From Truepera sp. (lineage in GTDB: Bacteria > Deinococcota > Deinococci > Deinococcales > Trueperaceae): DNA of 64,000 nucleotides. The stretch covers positions 1,600,001 to 1,664,000 of the forward strand of contig CBDCKW010000009.1 of the NCBI GenBank assembly GCA_965218435.1, written 5' to 3'. Under the pieces are notes generated by a model. That model was given only the letters and a program-made list of their open reading frames with translations. It made no database searches and was not told where the DNA came from. Shown here piece after piece: positions 1 through 10,278 of the stretch. Numbering within the stretch: position 1 is the first letter of the stretch; each line of letters begins with the position of its first letter. The translations under genes and the position numbers were made by a program.

Positions 1-336
1 GTCGGCAAACGTACCGTACAAAATCGGGTTCAGCTTCATAAATACGTCACCGAACGTACCGAAACGGCTGACGTGCCCCTCTTCCAAGAACGCGTAGAGA
101 TCGAGCGAATCAAGCAGAACCGTCCGGTAGATGAGGCTGCACCGGTACGCTTTGATGGCGACACGATGATCGTACCGCTCTATGAAGAGGTATTAGTCGT
201 AACCAAGCAGTTGAGGCTTGTTGAAGAGGTGCGGATTACCACAGAACGCACCGAGCGTCACGACCCGCAGGAGGTGACGCTCAGGCGCGAAGAGGTTGAG
301 GTCACGCGCACTGACGGCGAGTTGGGTAGCGAGTAG
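1..336 (+). CDS. YsnF/AvaK (DUF2382) domain protein, 5'-partial
   Basis: Frame is open from base 1 (VGKRTVQNRVQLHKYVTE...). Contains the VPLYEE..V.K....EEVRI and VTLRREEVEV motifs typical of DUF2382. Confidence 0.8.
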   Translation, partial: VGKRTVQNRVQLHKYVTERTETADVPLFQERVEIERIKQNRPVDEAAPVRFDGDTMIVPLYEEVLVVTKQLRLVEEVRITTERTERHDPQEVTLRREEVEVTRTDGELGSE

Positions 337-347
337 CAGTTATCAAG

Positions 348-1658
348 TTACTTTGAGCGCCCTGAAGAACCGCGCTTAGATGAGGCCCCACCTCTGCGGG
401 TATTACGGTCTTGTGCGTTACGGTTCGGCTTGCCCTGCTTAGGCGCACCTTGTTTGCTGCCCGGTTGCCCGCTGCCCTGCTGTCGATCAGTAGAGGGCGC
501 TGAAGCTGCCGCCTCGTCATAGCTAAAGCTGTCTAAAGTGACGCGCTCGAGCCTCCCCAAAGCCTGCTCAATCGTGCGCACAGCCTTGTCGTCGTCAGCG
601 GTGACAAACGTGAGGGCTTCGCCGCTCCGCTCCGCGCGTCCGGTACGGCCCAAACGGTGCGTATACGCCTCAGCGGTCATCGGCACGTCGTAGTTGATCA
701 CGTGCGATACACCCGACACATCGATGCCGCGCGCGGCGATGTCGGTCGCCACCAAAATGTGAACGTTACCGGAGCGAAAATCGTCTAACGCGCGTTGCCG
801 TTTGTTTTGCGACAGATTGCCCTGCAGCGAGGTCGCAAAAAAGTTGTCACGGTCGAGCTGTTCGGCAAGTCGTTTGGCACCGTGTTTGGTCCGGGTAAAA
901 ACCAGCGCCGAACGCGTATCGGTACGCCGCAACAGGTGTTTAAGCAGGTCGGTTTTTTGCTGCCTGGCAACCGGATAAAGGGCGTGCGAGACTGTTTCGG
1001 CAGGCGCGGCGCGGCCGATTTCAACAGTGATGGGGTCTTGCAACAACCCTTCAGCGAGCACCCGCAGGTCGCGCGGCATCGTGGCCGAAAAGAGCATCTT
1101 TTGCGCACCCTGCGGTACACGCTTAACGAGCGCACGAATTGCAGGCAAAAAGCCCATGTCAAACATCTGGTCAGCTTCGTCCAACACGAGAATTTCTAAG
1201 TTGGCGAGCGTGCCGGTGCCGCGCTCGAGGTGATCCAAGAGCCGCCCCGGACACGCGACGATAATCTCAGCGCCGCCGCGCAAAGCTTGCGCCTGGGGGT
1301 TCATGCCGACGCCGCCGTAAACAGTCGCGGAGCGCAACTTCGTTCCCTGGGCGAGCGTTTTGATGTCGGTGTGAATCTGCTCGGCGAGTTCACGGGTCGG
1401 CGCGACGATCAGCGCCCGTACCCGGCCGCGCGGTCCGCCGATCAGCCGGTTTAGGAGCGGCAAGACAAACGCCGCCGTTTTCCCCGTGCCTGTTTGCGCT
1501 AAACCGAGAATATCCCGGCCTGATAATGCCGCAGGAACCGCTTGCGCTTGAATCGGTGTAGGTTTTTGGTAGCCTGCAGCTTTGACGCCTGCAAAAACGC
1601 GGGGGTCGAGCCCGAAGCTCTCGAATTTGGGAGTTATTTGTGTCACTGTTTCTGTCAT
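348..1658 (-). CDS. DEAD-box ATP-dependent RNA helicase (RhlE-like)
   Basis: Q motif PTPIQ, AQTGTGKT, PTRELA, DEAD, SAT, ARGID and HRLGRTGR, plus a basic low-complexity C-terminal tail. Confidence 0.95.
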   Translation of the reverse strand: MTETVTQITPKFESFGLDPRVFAGVKAAGYQKPTPIQAQAVPAALSGRDILGLAQTGTGKTAAFVLPLLNRLIGGPRGRVRALIVAPTRELAEQIHTDIKTLAQGTKLRSATVYGGVGMNPQAQALRGGAEIIVACPGRLLDHLERGTGTLANLEILVLDEADQMFDMGFLPAIRALVKRVPQGAQKMLFSATMPRDLRVLAEGLLQDPITVEIGRAAPAETVSHALYPVARQQKTDLLKHLLRRTDTRSALVFTRTKHGAKRLAEQLDRDNFFATSLQGNLSQNKRQRALDDFRSGNVHILVATDIAARGIDVSGVSHVINYDVPMTAEAYTHRLGRTGRAERSGEALTFVTADDDKAVRTIEQALGRLERVTLDSFSYDEAAASAPSTDRQQGSGQPGSKQGAPKQGKPNRNAQDRNTRRGGASSKRGSSGRSK

Positions 1659-1951
1659 AGGTGCCTTTCAGCTAACTCTCAGCCAAGTCGCACGCTTTGA
1701 CTTTGTAAAGAAAGCAAGGCTCTGAGTTTACACTTGATTCAGTCAGATAGTAGTATTCAGCCAGGAGCAAAAATGCAATCAATTGACCAGAGCACACTTC
1801 AACTTTTCGGAACTGTGGCAATTATTGTAGTTACCGAACGCGAGTCCCGCATATCTTATCTCCAAGAGTACGTACTAGGTTATGGTTTTTAGACTCAAAA
1901 CGCTGCTTTACATAACTTTGTACTGTCAAACCAGGCGAACTCAGCATGAAG

Positions 1952-2986
1952 CTATTCTAACTGCTGGCGCGAACCAGCAAAAGCTTCATAGCGTCTTTTC
2001 AAGTAATAGGCGGCACCCTTCTGAATACCTTTTTCTCCCATATGGAAACGTAATGAGGCAAGGCCATCCCGATAACTGAGTAAGCGCCGTTCTGTACGGC
2101 TGAGTTCACGCTGTTTTGTAGCTCCTTCATCTGGGTAGCCATATTTTGCTAAATAAGGCAGGGTGATCTCACTAATACTCCTAACCGTTTTAGGTGAAAG
2201 CCGATCACGGTACTTGGCATGTTGCTTAGTTACAGTTTTTAGCTGACGTCCTTTGCGTTCCCTTTCTGCAGGGTTTTTCAGCAGATGCATTTCAGGCATA
2301 TACTCAAGGTGTAAAAAAGTGTATATACGCTTCAGCTCGTCTTCTGGACTACTTGTAAGGTCTTCATAGCGAACCGTTAGAGCATCGGAGGTAACGTCTA
2401 AACTAGCCTCTGTGGCTGCGCGTGCTACACTAGCCCAGAGCTGCGCAGAACGTAGTGGGTGACGTCCCCATACGTCAGCTGCTGACAGTGCTTGGTCTCT
2501 AGGATCACGAACTAAAAAAATGAAACGAACTTGAGGAAAGATGGTACGCAGAAGGTCCGCACTGCTTATGTAACCATGAGATTTGTCACCGTAGATGCGT
2601 GCTTGTGGGTTTGGTCCATAATTGCGTATCATCACCTCAAAGATGTCTGCCCAGGTCAAGCTTTTATAAGAGGCAAGCGTGTCCATAAAGACTGGTTTAG
2701 TAGGAAACGTTATGCCTCTCTGTGCTAAACCACTATAAAATACTGAGCGACTAAAAGTACTATAAATTTTTTCCTGAAGTTGGGGTTGTGAAAGGTCAGC
2801 CGCTAAGCCAAAATGGTTGATAAAGCGAGGAACAAAGTTGCCCTCGCCACCTAGAGAGACATCATGGTGATTGTTAAGGAGTGCGCGCAGCAACTTGGTA
2901 CCGCTTCTAGGTGCTCCGACGATAAATACGGGAGAAGGGATTGGAGCTGATATTTCTTTTACCTGACTCGTCATGAAATTTATCAT
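1952..2986 (-). CDS. Sulfotransferase family protein
   Basis: 5'-PSB loop GAPRSGT and 3'-PB motif RDPRD..LS. Start placed at ATG 2986 (AGGAGAG upstream). Visibly AT-richer than the flanks. Confidence 0.85.
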   Translation of the reverse strand: MINFMTSQVKEISAPIPSPVFIVGAPRSGTKLLRALLNNHHDVSLGGEGNFVPRFINHFGLAADLSQPQLQEKIYSTFSRSVFYSGLAQRGITFPTKPVFMDTLASYKSLTWADIFEVMIRNYGPNPQARIYGDKSHGYISSADLLRTIFPQVRFIFLVRDPRDQALSAADVWGRHPLRSAQLWASVARAATEASLDVTSDALTVRYEDLTSSPEDELKRIYTFLHLEYMPEMHLLKNPAERERKGRQLKTVTKQHAKYRDRLSPKTVRSISEITLPYLAKYGYPDEGATKQRELSRTERRLLSYRDGLASLRFHMGEKGIQKGAAYYLKRRYEAFAGSRQQLE

Positions 2987-3199
2987 AATAGAAATCTCTC
3001 CTGGGAACACGTGTTTTAATACAACGATCTTGAACAGCACTAAGGGACGCTCGAGGCGACATCCTCGGAAAAATATCTACGGTACAAACCACTATGGCTT
3101 TTTCCTATCCACAACATCGTTACCGTGCTGCACAACTCGAGCGGTTGTCGTTTTGCTCTTTAGCCCTATACCCAATCTATAGGCTCGAGCCCTTTTAGG

Positions 3200-4060
3200 A
3201 TGGCGCTCCTCGGTGCCCACGTCTCAGCAGCAGGCGGCGTAGCTAACGCGTTCGCCAACGCCGCCGCGATAGATTGCGACGCGCTCCAAATTTTCGTCAA
3301 AAATGCCAATCGTTGGGCGGCTAAACCGCTGACTGAAGCAGGACGTTCAAAGTATAAAGCAGCCCAGGCCGAACATGGGAACCCCCCGGTGATCGCGCAC
3401 GCCTCGTACCTTATAAATTTATCTGCTACGAACCCGGAAACGCTTGCCAAGTCCAGGGCCGCTCTTAAAGATGAACTCGGGCGCTGTCATGACCTCAGCG
3501 TCAAGGGGTTGGTGGTGCATCCGGGCGCACATCTAGGTGAAGGCGTTGAGGCGGGCGTAGCGGCAGTCGCCCACTCGCTCGATTTAGTGTTTGCCGAGTT
3601 GGATCAAGAAAACTTTGATCATTCGGTTCCGGTCCTGTTAGAAAACACTGCCGGTCAGGGAACGACGCTTGGTAGTGAATTAGAGGAACTAGGTCAAATC
3701 ATCGCGCAGTGCAAGTTTTCAGTACGGCTTGGAGTGTGTTTGGATACTTGTCACGCATTCGCCGCAGGCTACCCGGTGCAAACAAAAAACGGCCTCACCG
3801 AGTTTTTGGACGAGGCGACAGCTCAGTTCAGTTTAGAACGCATCGGCTGTTTCCACCTCAACGATTCACAGTATCCGCTCGGTTCACAGCGCGACCGGCA
3901 CGCTAACCTAGGCGAAGGTGAAATCGGACTGGGGACGTTCGTCCAACTTGCCACCGACCCCCGCTTTACTGACGTGCCGATGTTGCTCGAGACCCCTGTC
4001 GGCGACGACGGCGAGGGGCACGCCCGCGATTTAGCAAGGCTACGCGCGGCGCTCGTGTGA
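3200..4060 (+). CDS. nfo: Endonuclease IV (AP endonuclease)
   Basis: GAHVS.AGG, HASYLINL, HPGAH, LENTAGQG, DTCH, HLNDS and DRHANLGEG motifs. Confidence 0.95.
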   Translation: MALLGAHVSAAGGVANAFANAAAIDCDALQIFVKNANRWAAKPLTEAGRSKYKAAQAEHGNPPVIAHASYLINLSATNPETLAKSRAALKDELGRCHDLSVKGLVVHPGAHLGEGVEAGVAAVAHSLDLVFAELDQENFDHSVPVLLENTAGQGTTLGSELEELGQIIAQCKFSVRLGVCLDTCHAFAAGYPVQTKNGLTEFLDEATAQFSLERIGCFHLNDSQYPLGSQRDRHANLGEGEIGLGTFVQLATDPRFTDVPMLLETPVGDDGEGHARDLARLRAALV

Positions 4061-4449
4061 GGGGGCTACTTATCGCTCTGGCTTTAGGGACGGCAGCTTA
4101 TCTTCTAACCAGGGGAGTTATCGTCGGGCTGCTTGTCGGTGCTGCAGGGCTCTGGCTTTTTCGGCAAGTGGGGCCGCCACCGAGGTACAGACGAACCGAA
4201 TACAGTGCGCCTGGCCGTAATTTAGACTCACCTAGACATAACGGAGAACACAACACAAGAGAGGGTGAGGGTATCGCCGTCATCTGTAAGCAGGTAACGG
4301 CGGAACGTCAGGAATGGGTCTCGGTCAAAACCGGACGCCTCTTCGATGTGCTCAGCCCGGACGGGCCACCAGGCGCAAGGCCCGGTGACTCCGGTGAGGT
4401 TTTTATTCAGGGAACGCGGTACTTGGTAAAAACACCCGTTAAACCCTAA
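4057..4449 (+). CDS. Hypothetical membrane protein
   Basis: GTGA overlap with the nfo stop; two N-terminal hydrophobic segments followed by a small soluble domain. Confidence 0.6.
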   Translation: MRGLLIALALGTAAYLLTRGVIVGLLVGAAGLWLFRQVGPPPRYRRTEYSAPGRNLDSPRHNGEHNTREGEGIAVICKQVTAERQEWVSVKTGRLFDVLSPDGPPGARPGDSGEVFIQGTRYLVKTPVKP

Positions 4450-4455
4450 GCGGTC

Positions 4456-4566
4456 CTACTCGTCGGGATCGCTGTCGTCACGGGGCAAGAGTGCGCCCAA
4501 CAGGGGCACAAAACCGAAAAAGCAGATTACGGCGATGATCACGAACAAGGTTTGAATATTTTCCAT
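4456..4566 (-). CDS. 36-aa single-pass membrane microprotein (MENIQTLFVIIAVICFFGFVPLLGALLPRDDSDPDE)
   Basis: Translated by hand: ATG..TAG with AGAGG SD 5 nt upstream, one ~20-aa hydrophobic helix and an acidic tail. Below the ORF-track cutoff. Confidence 0.6.
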   Translation of the reverse strand: MENIQTLFVIIAVICFFGFVPLLGALLPRDDSDPDE

Positions 4567-4628
4567 TTCAGCCTCTTTCTGAGAGCCGTTTTAAGGACCG
4601 CTCTCATATCGTCTTATTCTACCGCGCT

Positions 4629-4952
4629 TTAGGGGAGGTGAAAGATAGGCTCAAGTTCACTTATCATCTCGTCGGCGGTCGCACCTTCCGGCAACCGGAA
4701 AAACGGAACCATCAACGCCTGCCAGCGGGCGTTAACCTCACTGTCGGCCATCTTTTCCTGCGCGTCGGCGAGTGAGACGGGCGTCTCGAAATAACCGAAC
4801 AAGAGCCCGTCCGGGCGAATAAAAAGCGAATAGTTATGCCAGCCTGCGGCGCTAAGCGCAGTCTGCAGCTCGGGCCACACCTCGCGGTGGTGCTGTTTAT
4901 ACATCTCAACTTTTTCCGGGTGAACTTGAAGGGTAAAACCGATACGGGTCAT
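4629..4952 (-). CDS. rhaM: L-rhamnose mutarotase
   Basis: Y..HH.EVWPEL...L..AG.HNYSLF and LFGYFE / W..LM motifs. Start at ATG 4952 with TATGCT 7 nt upstream. Confidence 0.85.
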   Translation of the reverse strand: MTRIGFTLQVHPEKVEMYKQHHREVWPELQTALSAAGWHNYSLFIRPDGLLFGYFETPVSLADAQEKMADSEVNARWQALMVPFFRLPEGATADEMISELEPIFHLP

Positions 4953-4984
4953 AAGGCTAAGCATAACGCTGAATGTATAGCGCC

Positions 4985-5014
4985 AAAAACCCCGCAGGTC
5001 CCCACCTGCGGGGT
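4985..5014 (-). terminator. Rho-independent terminator
   Basis: 11-bp perfect stem ACCCCGCAGGT/ACCTGCGGGGT with a 4-nt loop, followed by a T run on the minus strand. Confidence 0.75.
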
Positions 5015-5380
5015 AAAGCGGCGCAACCGGCCAAGGTATGTCCGCACCTCTAGTATAGAGCCGAGCAGAATTTTTTTGGGTTATCGCGCACAGGCTTGGG
5101 TTTGGGGCTGAAGCAGCTTGTCGGCAAAAGTTGGGTCGGCAACCTCGAGTGCGCCCACTCCAGCTTTCAGACCACAGAAAAAGGGGAATGACTTATACGA
5201 GAACGAATGGAATGTATGAAACAAGGGGTTACAACCCCTTGTTTGCAACCCCTTGTTGATAGAGGCTAGAAACCCGTATTGCATCGTCCAAATCATCAGA
5301 TTTTCAACCGCCATCAAAAAAGTTCTGTTCGCTGCGACGCCGAACAGAACCAACGCTAAAGATGAACAAACCACTTAGGT

Positions 5381-6637
5381 CTAGTTGACAGTTTTCGTCC
5401 GTTTCGACTGAAAATCTTGCAAGACGTAACGGCCAATCGTGTGTGGCGTCGTAAAGTACGCTTTGCCCTGCGTCATCGCTGAAACGCGCTGTACAAAGGC
5501 GATGAGTTCGGGGTCGCGGGCCAACATAAAGGTGTTGATTTGAATTCCTGACCGGCGGCAGTTGCCGACCTCACGGAGCGTTTCGCCTAACACCATCGGG
5601 TCGAGGCCATAGGCGTTTTTGTAGACGCGGCCGTTCGGCAGCGTAATCGCCGAGGGTTTCCCGTCGGTAATCATCACAATTTGCTTCATGTCTTTATTTT
5701 GCCGTTTAAGCATCTTTTGCGCGAGCCGTAGACCTTCAGCCGTGTTGGTGTGGTACGGCCCGACCTGGGCTTGGGCGAGTTTCGCTAGCGGCAGCTCTTC
5801 GGCAGAGTTGTGAAACAGCGCAAATTGGATCGTATCGCCACGGTACTGGGTTTGAATCAGGTGAGCGAGGGCCAAGGCTACTTGTTTGGCGGGCGTAAAC
5901 CGGTCTTCACCGTAAAGAATCATCGAGTGCGAACAGTCGAGCAAGACGACGGTCGCCGCCGACGAATTGTATTCGGTCTGAACGACCTCGAGGTCGCCGT
6001 ATTGCAAGTCAAAACTGCCGTCATCGTTCAGCCCGTGCTTCGCAGCGTTTTTGAACGTTTGCGCCACGTCCATGTTGATGGTGTCGCCGAACTCGTAAGG
6101 CTTCGACTCCGCCGACGATTCGACGCCGGTCGTTTGAAACTTCGTTTCGTGTGCGCCGACCGATGAACGGCCCGCACCGCCGAGCACGTCTTTGAGCGTT
6201 CGGTAGCCCAAAAAGTCAATGGCTTTATTCGTTAGCTCGAACTTAGCCTGACTCGGGTCGCGGTCGGGGCCTTGACCGCCCTGACCGGGGTTATTCGGGT
6301 CGCGCTCTTCGCTGTCGCCGTCACTCGGTTTGAGGTAACCCTCGCGCTCGAGCCGCTGCGCAAGTTCTTTGACGGCCTCGCCGAGCTGCGAATCCATCCA
6401 GTTCTCGGCGTTCATCGCCCCTTCGATCATCTCGTCACTGACCAACTCGTTGTTGATCAAAGCCTCGGCGATGGCGTCGTAAAGGTCTTGCATCGACTGC
6501 TGATAGTTGGGGTCGGGGTCCCAAGGGTTACGCTGATAGCCCGACTCCATCAGCCGGTCTTGGAGCATCTTCATCAGCTCGCTCATGTCGAGGTCGTCTA
6601 GGGTCGCTTCGTATTTGCTGTAACGGGTGGTCGGCAT
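5381..6637 (-). CDS. vWA domain-containing protein (partner of the AAA+ ATPase)
   Basis: MIDAS elements DCSHS, TNT and ITDG; same strand and operon as the chelatase-like ATPase. Confidence 0.85.
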   Translation of the reverse strand: MPTTRYSKYEATLDDLDMSELMKMLQDRLMESGYQRNPWDPDPNYQQSMQDLYDAIAEALINNELVSDEMIEGAMNAENWMDSQLGEAVKELAQRLEREGYLKPSDGDSEERDPNNPGQGGQGPDRDPSQAKFELTNKAIDFLGYRTLKDVLGGAGRSSVGAHETKFQTTGVESSAESKPYEFGDTINMDVAQTFKNAAKHGLNDDGSFDLQYGDLEVVQTEYNSSAATVVLLDCSHSMILYGEDRFTPAKQVALALAHLIQTQYRGDTIQFALFHNSAEELPLAKLAQAQVGPYHTNTAEGLRLAQKMLKRQNKDMKQIVMITDGKPSAITLPNGRVYKNAYGLDPMVLGETLREVGNCRRSGIQINTFMLARDPELIAFVQRVSAMTQGKAYFTTPHTIGRYVLQDFQSKRTKTVN

Positions 6638-6652
6638 GACTACCCCCTCTCG

Positions 6653-7315
6653 TCAGTATAGGTAAGGAACAAGGTGCTTCGTTCGCCGCTGGTAATTTTG
6701 AAATTCGGGAGCATACTTTTTGCTCAAATAGGCGTCGAGCTTGGGAACGTTGTAAAACGAAAAAAAGCCGAATAACAAAGCAGGGATCAGGTATGCCCAG
6801 AACGTCGCGGTAATGACCGCGTAGCCCAGCACCCAGAGGATGTCACCGAAGTAGTTGATATGCACGGCGTAGCGAAACAACCCCCCGGTGTAGAGTTTGC
6901 CCCGGTTCTCCGGGCGCTGTTTCCAGACGTGACGCTGAAGTTCGGAAAGCGTATTGAGACTCGGGCCTCCCGCAAATAAAAGGACGCCAAGCAGTGTCAT
7001 CATGAATGTGGGAACGCTCGTCCAGGTCGTCAAATACGCAAAGCCGAGGTAGTAAAGCCCGAACGCGACCGGTACCGTAAGGGCCTCCTCCCAGGGGACG
7101 GTGCGCTTAAGGAGAAAACCGAGCGTTAGACAAAAGCGCAAGAAGGTCACGAGGCTAAAAGAGAGAATCAGGGTGTGCTGTCCGGCTTCGGCGGCCCCAA
7201 AAGAAGCCGCTTGACCGAACAGCACTAGGTAACTAACGGCAAGCAGGCACACCCCGACTCCCAGCATGATAAGTTTTTGGGGGTGGCTCGAGCTGTGGTC
7301 ACCGTAGAGGTTCAT
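6653..7315 (-). CDS. DUF1295 / steroid 5-alpha-reductase-like membrane protein
   Basis: Multi-pass membrane protein with the motif GKLYTGGLFRY..HINYFGD...W. Confidence 0.85.
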   Translation of the reverse strand: MNLYGDHSSSHPQKLIMLGVGVCLLAVSYLVLFGQAASFGAAEAGQHTLILSFSLVTFLRFCLTLGFLLKRTVPWEEALTVPVAFGLYYLGFAYLTTWTSVPTFMMTLLGVLLFAGGPSLNTLSELQRHVWKQRPENRGKLYTGGLFRYAVHINYFGDILWVLGYAVITATFWAYLIPALLFGFFSFYNVPKLDAYLSKKYAPEFQNYQRRTKHLVPYLY

Positions 7316-7338
7316 ATAGGCCGGGCTATCCTCTCATG

Positions 7339-8784
7339 CTAGTTCCAACGCTGCCTGGTCGGGCGCGACATATCGGGTTCGGCGGCGCTGTAACCGCGCT
7401 CTTCGCTTCTAGCCACCTGTTTACGGGCGTATAAGCCTTCTAAAATAAACTCGGCGGCAACGGCCACATCTTGTGGGTTACGGCTCCCGGAGAGCGTACG
7501 AGCCGCTCCGACTAACCCTGGTACTTTTTCAAAGACGCTCACCAGCTGCGCGGTCGGCACCGTGTCCGGTACTTTGAGGTTGTTGTCGGACTCGAAATAA
7601 TCGGTGATTTCGGCAGTTTCGGCGTTGACGGCGCGGCGGCTGTACACCTGCCCGATGGCGCGGCGTACGATGTCTTTGGCAACCGCTTCGCCCCCTTTAA
7701 GTTCACCTTCGTACTCGAGCTCGAGCTTGCCCGTCACCGCGCCGAGTGCCCCGTAAAGGTCGGTCACGCGGGCAATCGGTTGCTCTTCGCCGAGCACATA
7801 CGCGCGGCGTTCGGCGTTGCTGACGATGTTTTCTAACAAGCTGATGGGCAGGCGCTGCGACACCCCCGAGTGCTTGTCTACGCGGGAGTCGTCACGGGCG
7901 ACAAAGGCGACCTCTTCAGCGATTTCAGCGACAAAATCAGGGACATTGACCTCTTGCTCGCGGTTTGTCCACGCCTCTTGCGCCGTGATCGCCATGCCCT
8001 CTTCAACCGTAGCCGGATAGTGCGTCCGTACTTCGGAGCCCACACGGTCTTTCAGCGGCGTGATGATCTTGCCACGGGCCGTGTAATCCTCCGGGTTCGC
8101 CGAAAAGACGAGCATCACGTCTAAGGGTAGCCGAATCGGGTAGCCCTTAATCTGGACGTCGCCCTCTTGCATAATGTTAAACAGCGCGACCTGCACCTTA
8201 CCGGAGAGGTCAGGCAGTTCGTTCATGGCAAAGATGCCGCGGTTCGCTCTCGGCAAAAGCCCGTACAGGATACTCCGCTCGTCGCCTAACGGCACCCCGA
8301 GTTTGGCGGCTTTGATCGGGTCCACGTCGCCGATGATGTCGGCCACCGTCACGTCCGGCGTCGCTAGTTTTTCGATGTAACGGGCGTCTCTAGGCAGCCA
8401 CGCGATACGGGCGTCGTCACCTTGTTCGGCGACGATACGTTTGCCTTCACCACTGATAGGCGCAAACGGGTCGTCGTTGAGTTCGCTGTCGGCCAACACC
8501 GGGATTTCCGGGTCTAACAGGTCGGTCAGTTGCCGCAGAATACGCGTTTTCGCCTGACCGCGCAAACCCAGCAAGATAAAGTTGTGACGGCTTAAAACGG
8601 CGTTCACAACCTGCGGCGTGACGGTCGTTTCGTAGCCGACGATACCGGGAAATACCGGACGGTGTTCGCGGAGGCGGCAGATGAGGTTGTCGCGGAGTTC
8701 TTGTTTGACGCTGCGGCCTGCCCGGTTCGCCCAAGGGGTCGCGCGAAGTTCACCTAAAGTCGTTGCATTTGACGTTGTAGTCAT
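7339..8784 (-). CDS. Magnesium-chelatase-like AAA+ ATPase
   Basis: Walker A variant [27 protein letters not shown] and [18 protein letters not shown]. Confidence 0.85.
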   Translation of the reverse strand: MTTTSNATTLGELRATPWANRAGRSVKQELRDNLICRLREHRPVFPGIVGYETTVTPQVVNAVLSRHNFILLGLRGQAKTRILRQLTDLLDPEIPVLADSELNDDPFAPISGEGKRIVAEQGDDARIAWLPRDARYIEKLATPDVTVADIIGDVDPIKAAKLGVPLGDERSILYGLLPRANRGIFAMNELPDLSGKVQVALFNIMQEGDVQIKGYPIRLPLDVMLVFSANPEDYTARGKIITPLKDRVGSEVRTHYPATVEEGMAITAQEAWTNREQEVNVPDFVAEIAEEVAFVARDDSRVDKHSGVSQRLPISLLENIVSNAERRAYVLGEEQPIARVTDLYGALGAVTGKLELEYEGELKGGEAVAKDIVRRAIGQVYSRRAVNAETAEITDYFESDNNLKVPDTVPTAQLVSVFEKVPGLVGAARTLSGSRNPQDVAVAAEFILEGLYARKQVARSEERGYSAAEPDMSRPTRQRWN

Positions 8785-9004
8785 CTTTCTCCCAACTATC
8801 CTAATAGCTGTCCTAACTGTTACGAGTAAGGTAAATTTGTCGTGGCACTAAGGTCACCCTCTTATGGTAGCACTGCGCTCCCGGAGCCTTATGTATGGGG
8901 GAGCCGCAATTGGCTCCCAGCTCAATACGGTAGCTCGTCGGCATTTTAGCTTTTGGCAAGGCGGCGCTCCTTTTTGCGTTCACGCCGCCTGTATGCTGAG
9001 CCGT

Positions 9005-10258
9005 ATGATTGCAGAACTTTTGAGCGTAGGGACAGAACTTTTACTCGGCGAAATTGTTGATACCAACAGCGCCTTTTTAGCCGCTGACTTAGCGCGGCGC
9101 GGCGTGGACATCTTGTGGTCGCAGCGGGTGGGCGACAATTTGGGGCGCGTTGAAGCGGCGCTGGGGGCCGCCCTCAGCCGTAGCGATGTGGTGATCATGT
9201 GCGGCGGCCTCGGCCCGACGGATGATGACCTGACCCGTGAAGCTATCGCTGCAGTCGTTGGTGAGACGCCTGAAGTTGACGCTGAGCTGGAAAACGTCTT
9301 GCGTGAGCGGTTTTCAGCCTACGGGATGCGCAGCTTCCCCGAAAAAAACCTCAAACAAGCGTGGCTGATTCCTTCAGCTGAGGCGCTCCCCAACCCACTC
9401 GGCACTGCGCCGGGATGGTTTGTCCGCACCGAGCGGGACGGTCAGCCCAAATGGATGATTGCGCTGCCGGGGCCGCCACGTGAACTCAAACCGATGTGGT
9501 TAGACGAGGCTGTAAAGAGGCTCGAGCTGCCCCCCGCCGCCTTGTACAGCAAAACCTTTAAGACGCATAACATCGGCGAGTCAACGGTCGCTGAACGGCT
9601 CGGTCACCTAACCGACGGAGCTAACCCGAGCGTCGCCACCTACGCCAAACGCGACGGCGTACAGGTCCGCGTCGCCGCCAAAGCCGATACGCCGGGAGCG
9701 GCGAAAGCCAGAGCTGCCGAGGTTGAAGGCAAAGTACGCGACCTTATCCAAGATAAACTCTGGGGCGAAGACGACGACGAACTCGCGGCTGTCGTCCTTG
9801 AGCTACTCAAAAGTAGAAGTCAAACGCTTGCCACGATGGAGTCTTTGACCGGCGGACTGCTGGGCGACTTGCTCACGTCTGTACCGGGGGCGTCAGCGGC
9901 GTATGAAGGCGGCGTGGTAGCCTATAACGTACGGCAAAAGGCCGCATTTGGCGTGTCTGAACCGCTTTTGGAGGCGCGTGGGGGCGTCTCGAGCAGCGCG
10001 GCGTTAGCGATGGCTGAGGCCGCTGCCACACACCTTTCCAGCGATTACGGTCTGGCGACGACGGGGGTAGCTGGACCCGATACCGACGAAGGGAAACCCG
10101 TAGGTGAGCTTCACCTCGCGGTCTTTCGCCGCTCGGACGGGCGTACTTGGGCGAGGGATATGCAGCTCCCGCCCTTAGAGCGCAACTGGGTTCGTGAACG
10201 CGCAGCTTTTGCGGCGCTCTCGCTGCTCTGGACTGCGCTGACCGAACCGCAAGACTAA
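9005..10258 (+). CDS. cinA: CinA family competence/damage-inducible protein (MoCF-like + PncC domains)
   Basis: [43 protein letters not shown] and TGVAGP. Start at ATG 9005 with TATGCT 7 nt upstream. Confidence 0.92.
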   Translation: MIAELLSVGTELLLGEIVDTNSAFLAADLARRGVDILWSQRVGDNLGRVEAALGAALSRSDVVIMCGGLGPTDDDLTREAIAAVVGETPEVDAELENVLRERFSAYGMRSFPEKNLKQAWLIPSAEALPNPLGTAPGWFVRTERDGQPKWMIALPGPPRELKPMWLDEAVKRLELPPAALYSKTFKTHNIGESTVAERLGHLTDGANPSVATYAKRDGVQVRVAAKADTPGAAKARAAEVEGKVRDLIQDKLWGEDDDELAAVVLELLKSRSQTLATMESLTGGLLGDLLTSVPGASAAYEGGVVAYNVRQKAAFGVSEPLLEARGGVSSSAALAMAEAAATHLSSDYGLATTGVAGPDTDEGKPVGELHLAVFRRSDGRTWARDMQLPPLERNWVRERAAFAALSLLWTALTEPQD

Positions 10259-10278
10259 TAACTTATCAAGGAGAAACT

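Noticed and set aside
1659..1950. Possible regulatory RNA in the long leader of the DEAD-box helicase
   Set aside because: Plausible for this gene class, but I could not identify a convincing structure or known motif.
5081..5374. 97-aa ORF in the rhaM-vWA intergenic region
   Set aside because: No SD or -10 context, atypical composition, and it runs through the palindromic element.
8988..9008. Possible radiation/desiccation response motif (RDRM) at the cinA-recA promoter (GTATGCTGAGCCGTAT)
   Set aside because: It is one base short of the 17-bp spacing with mismatched ends, and is adequately explained as the -10 box plus start codon.
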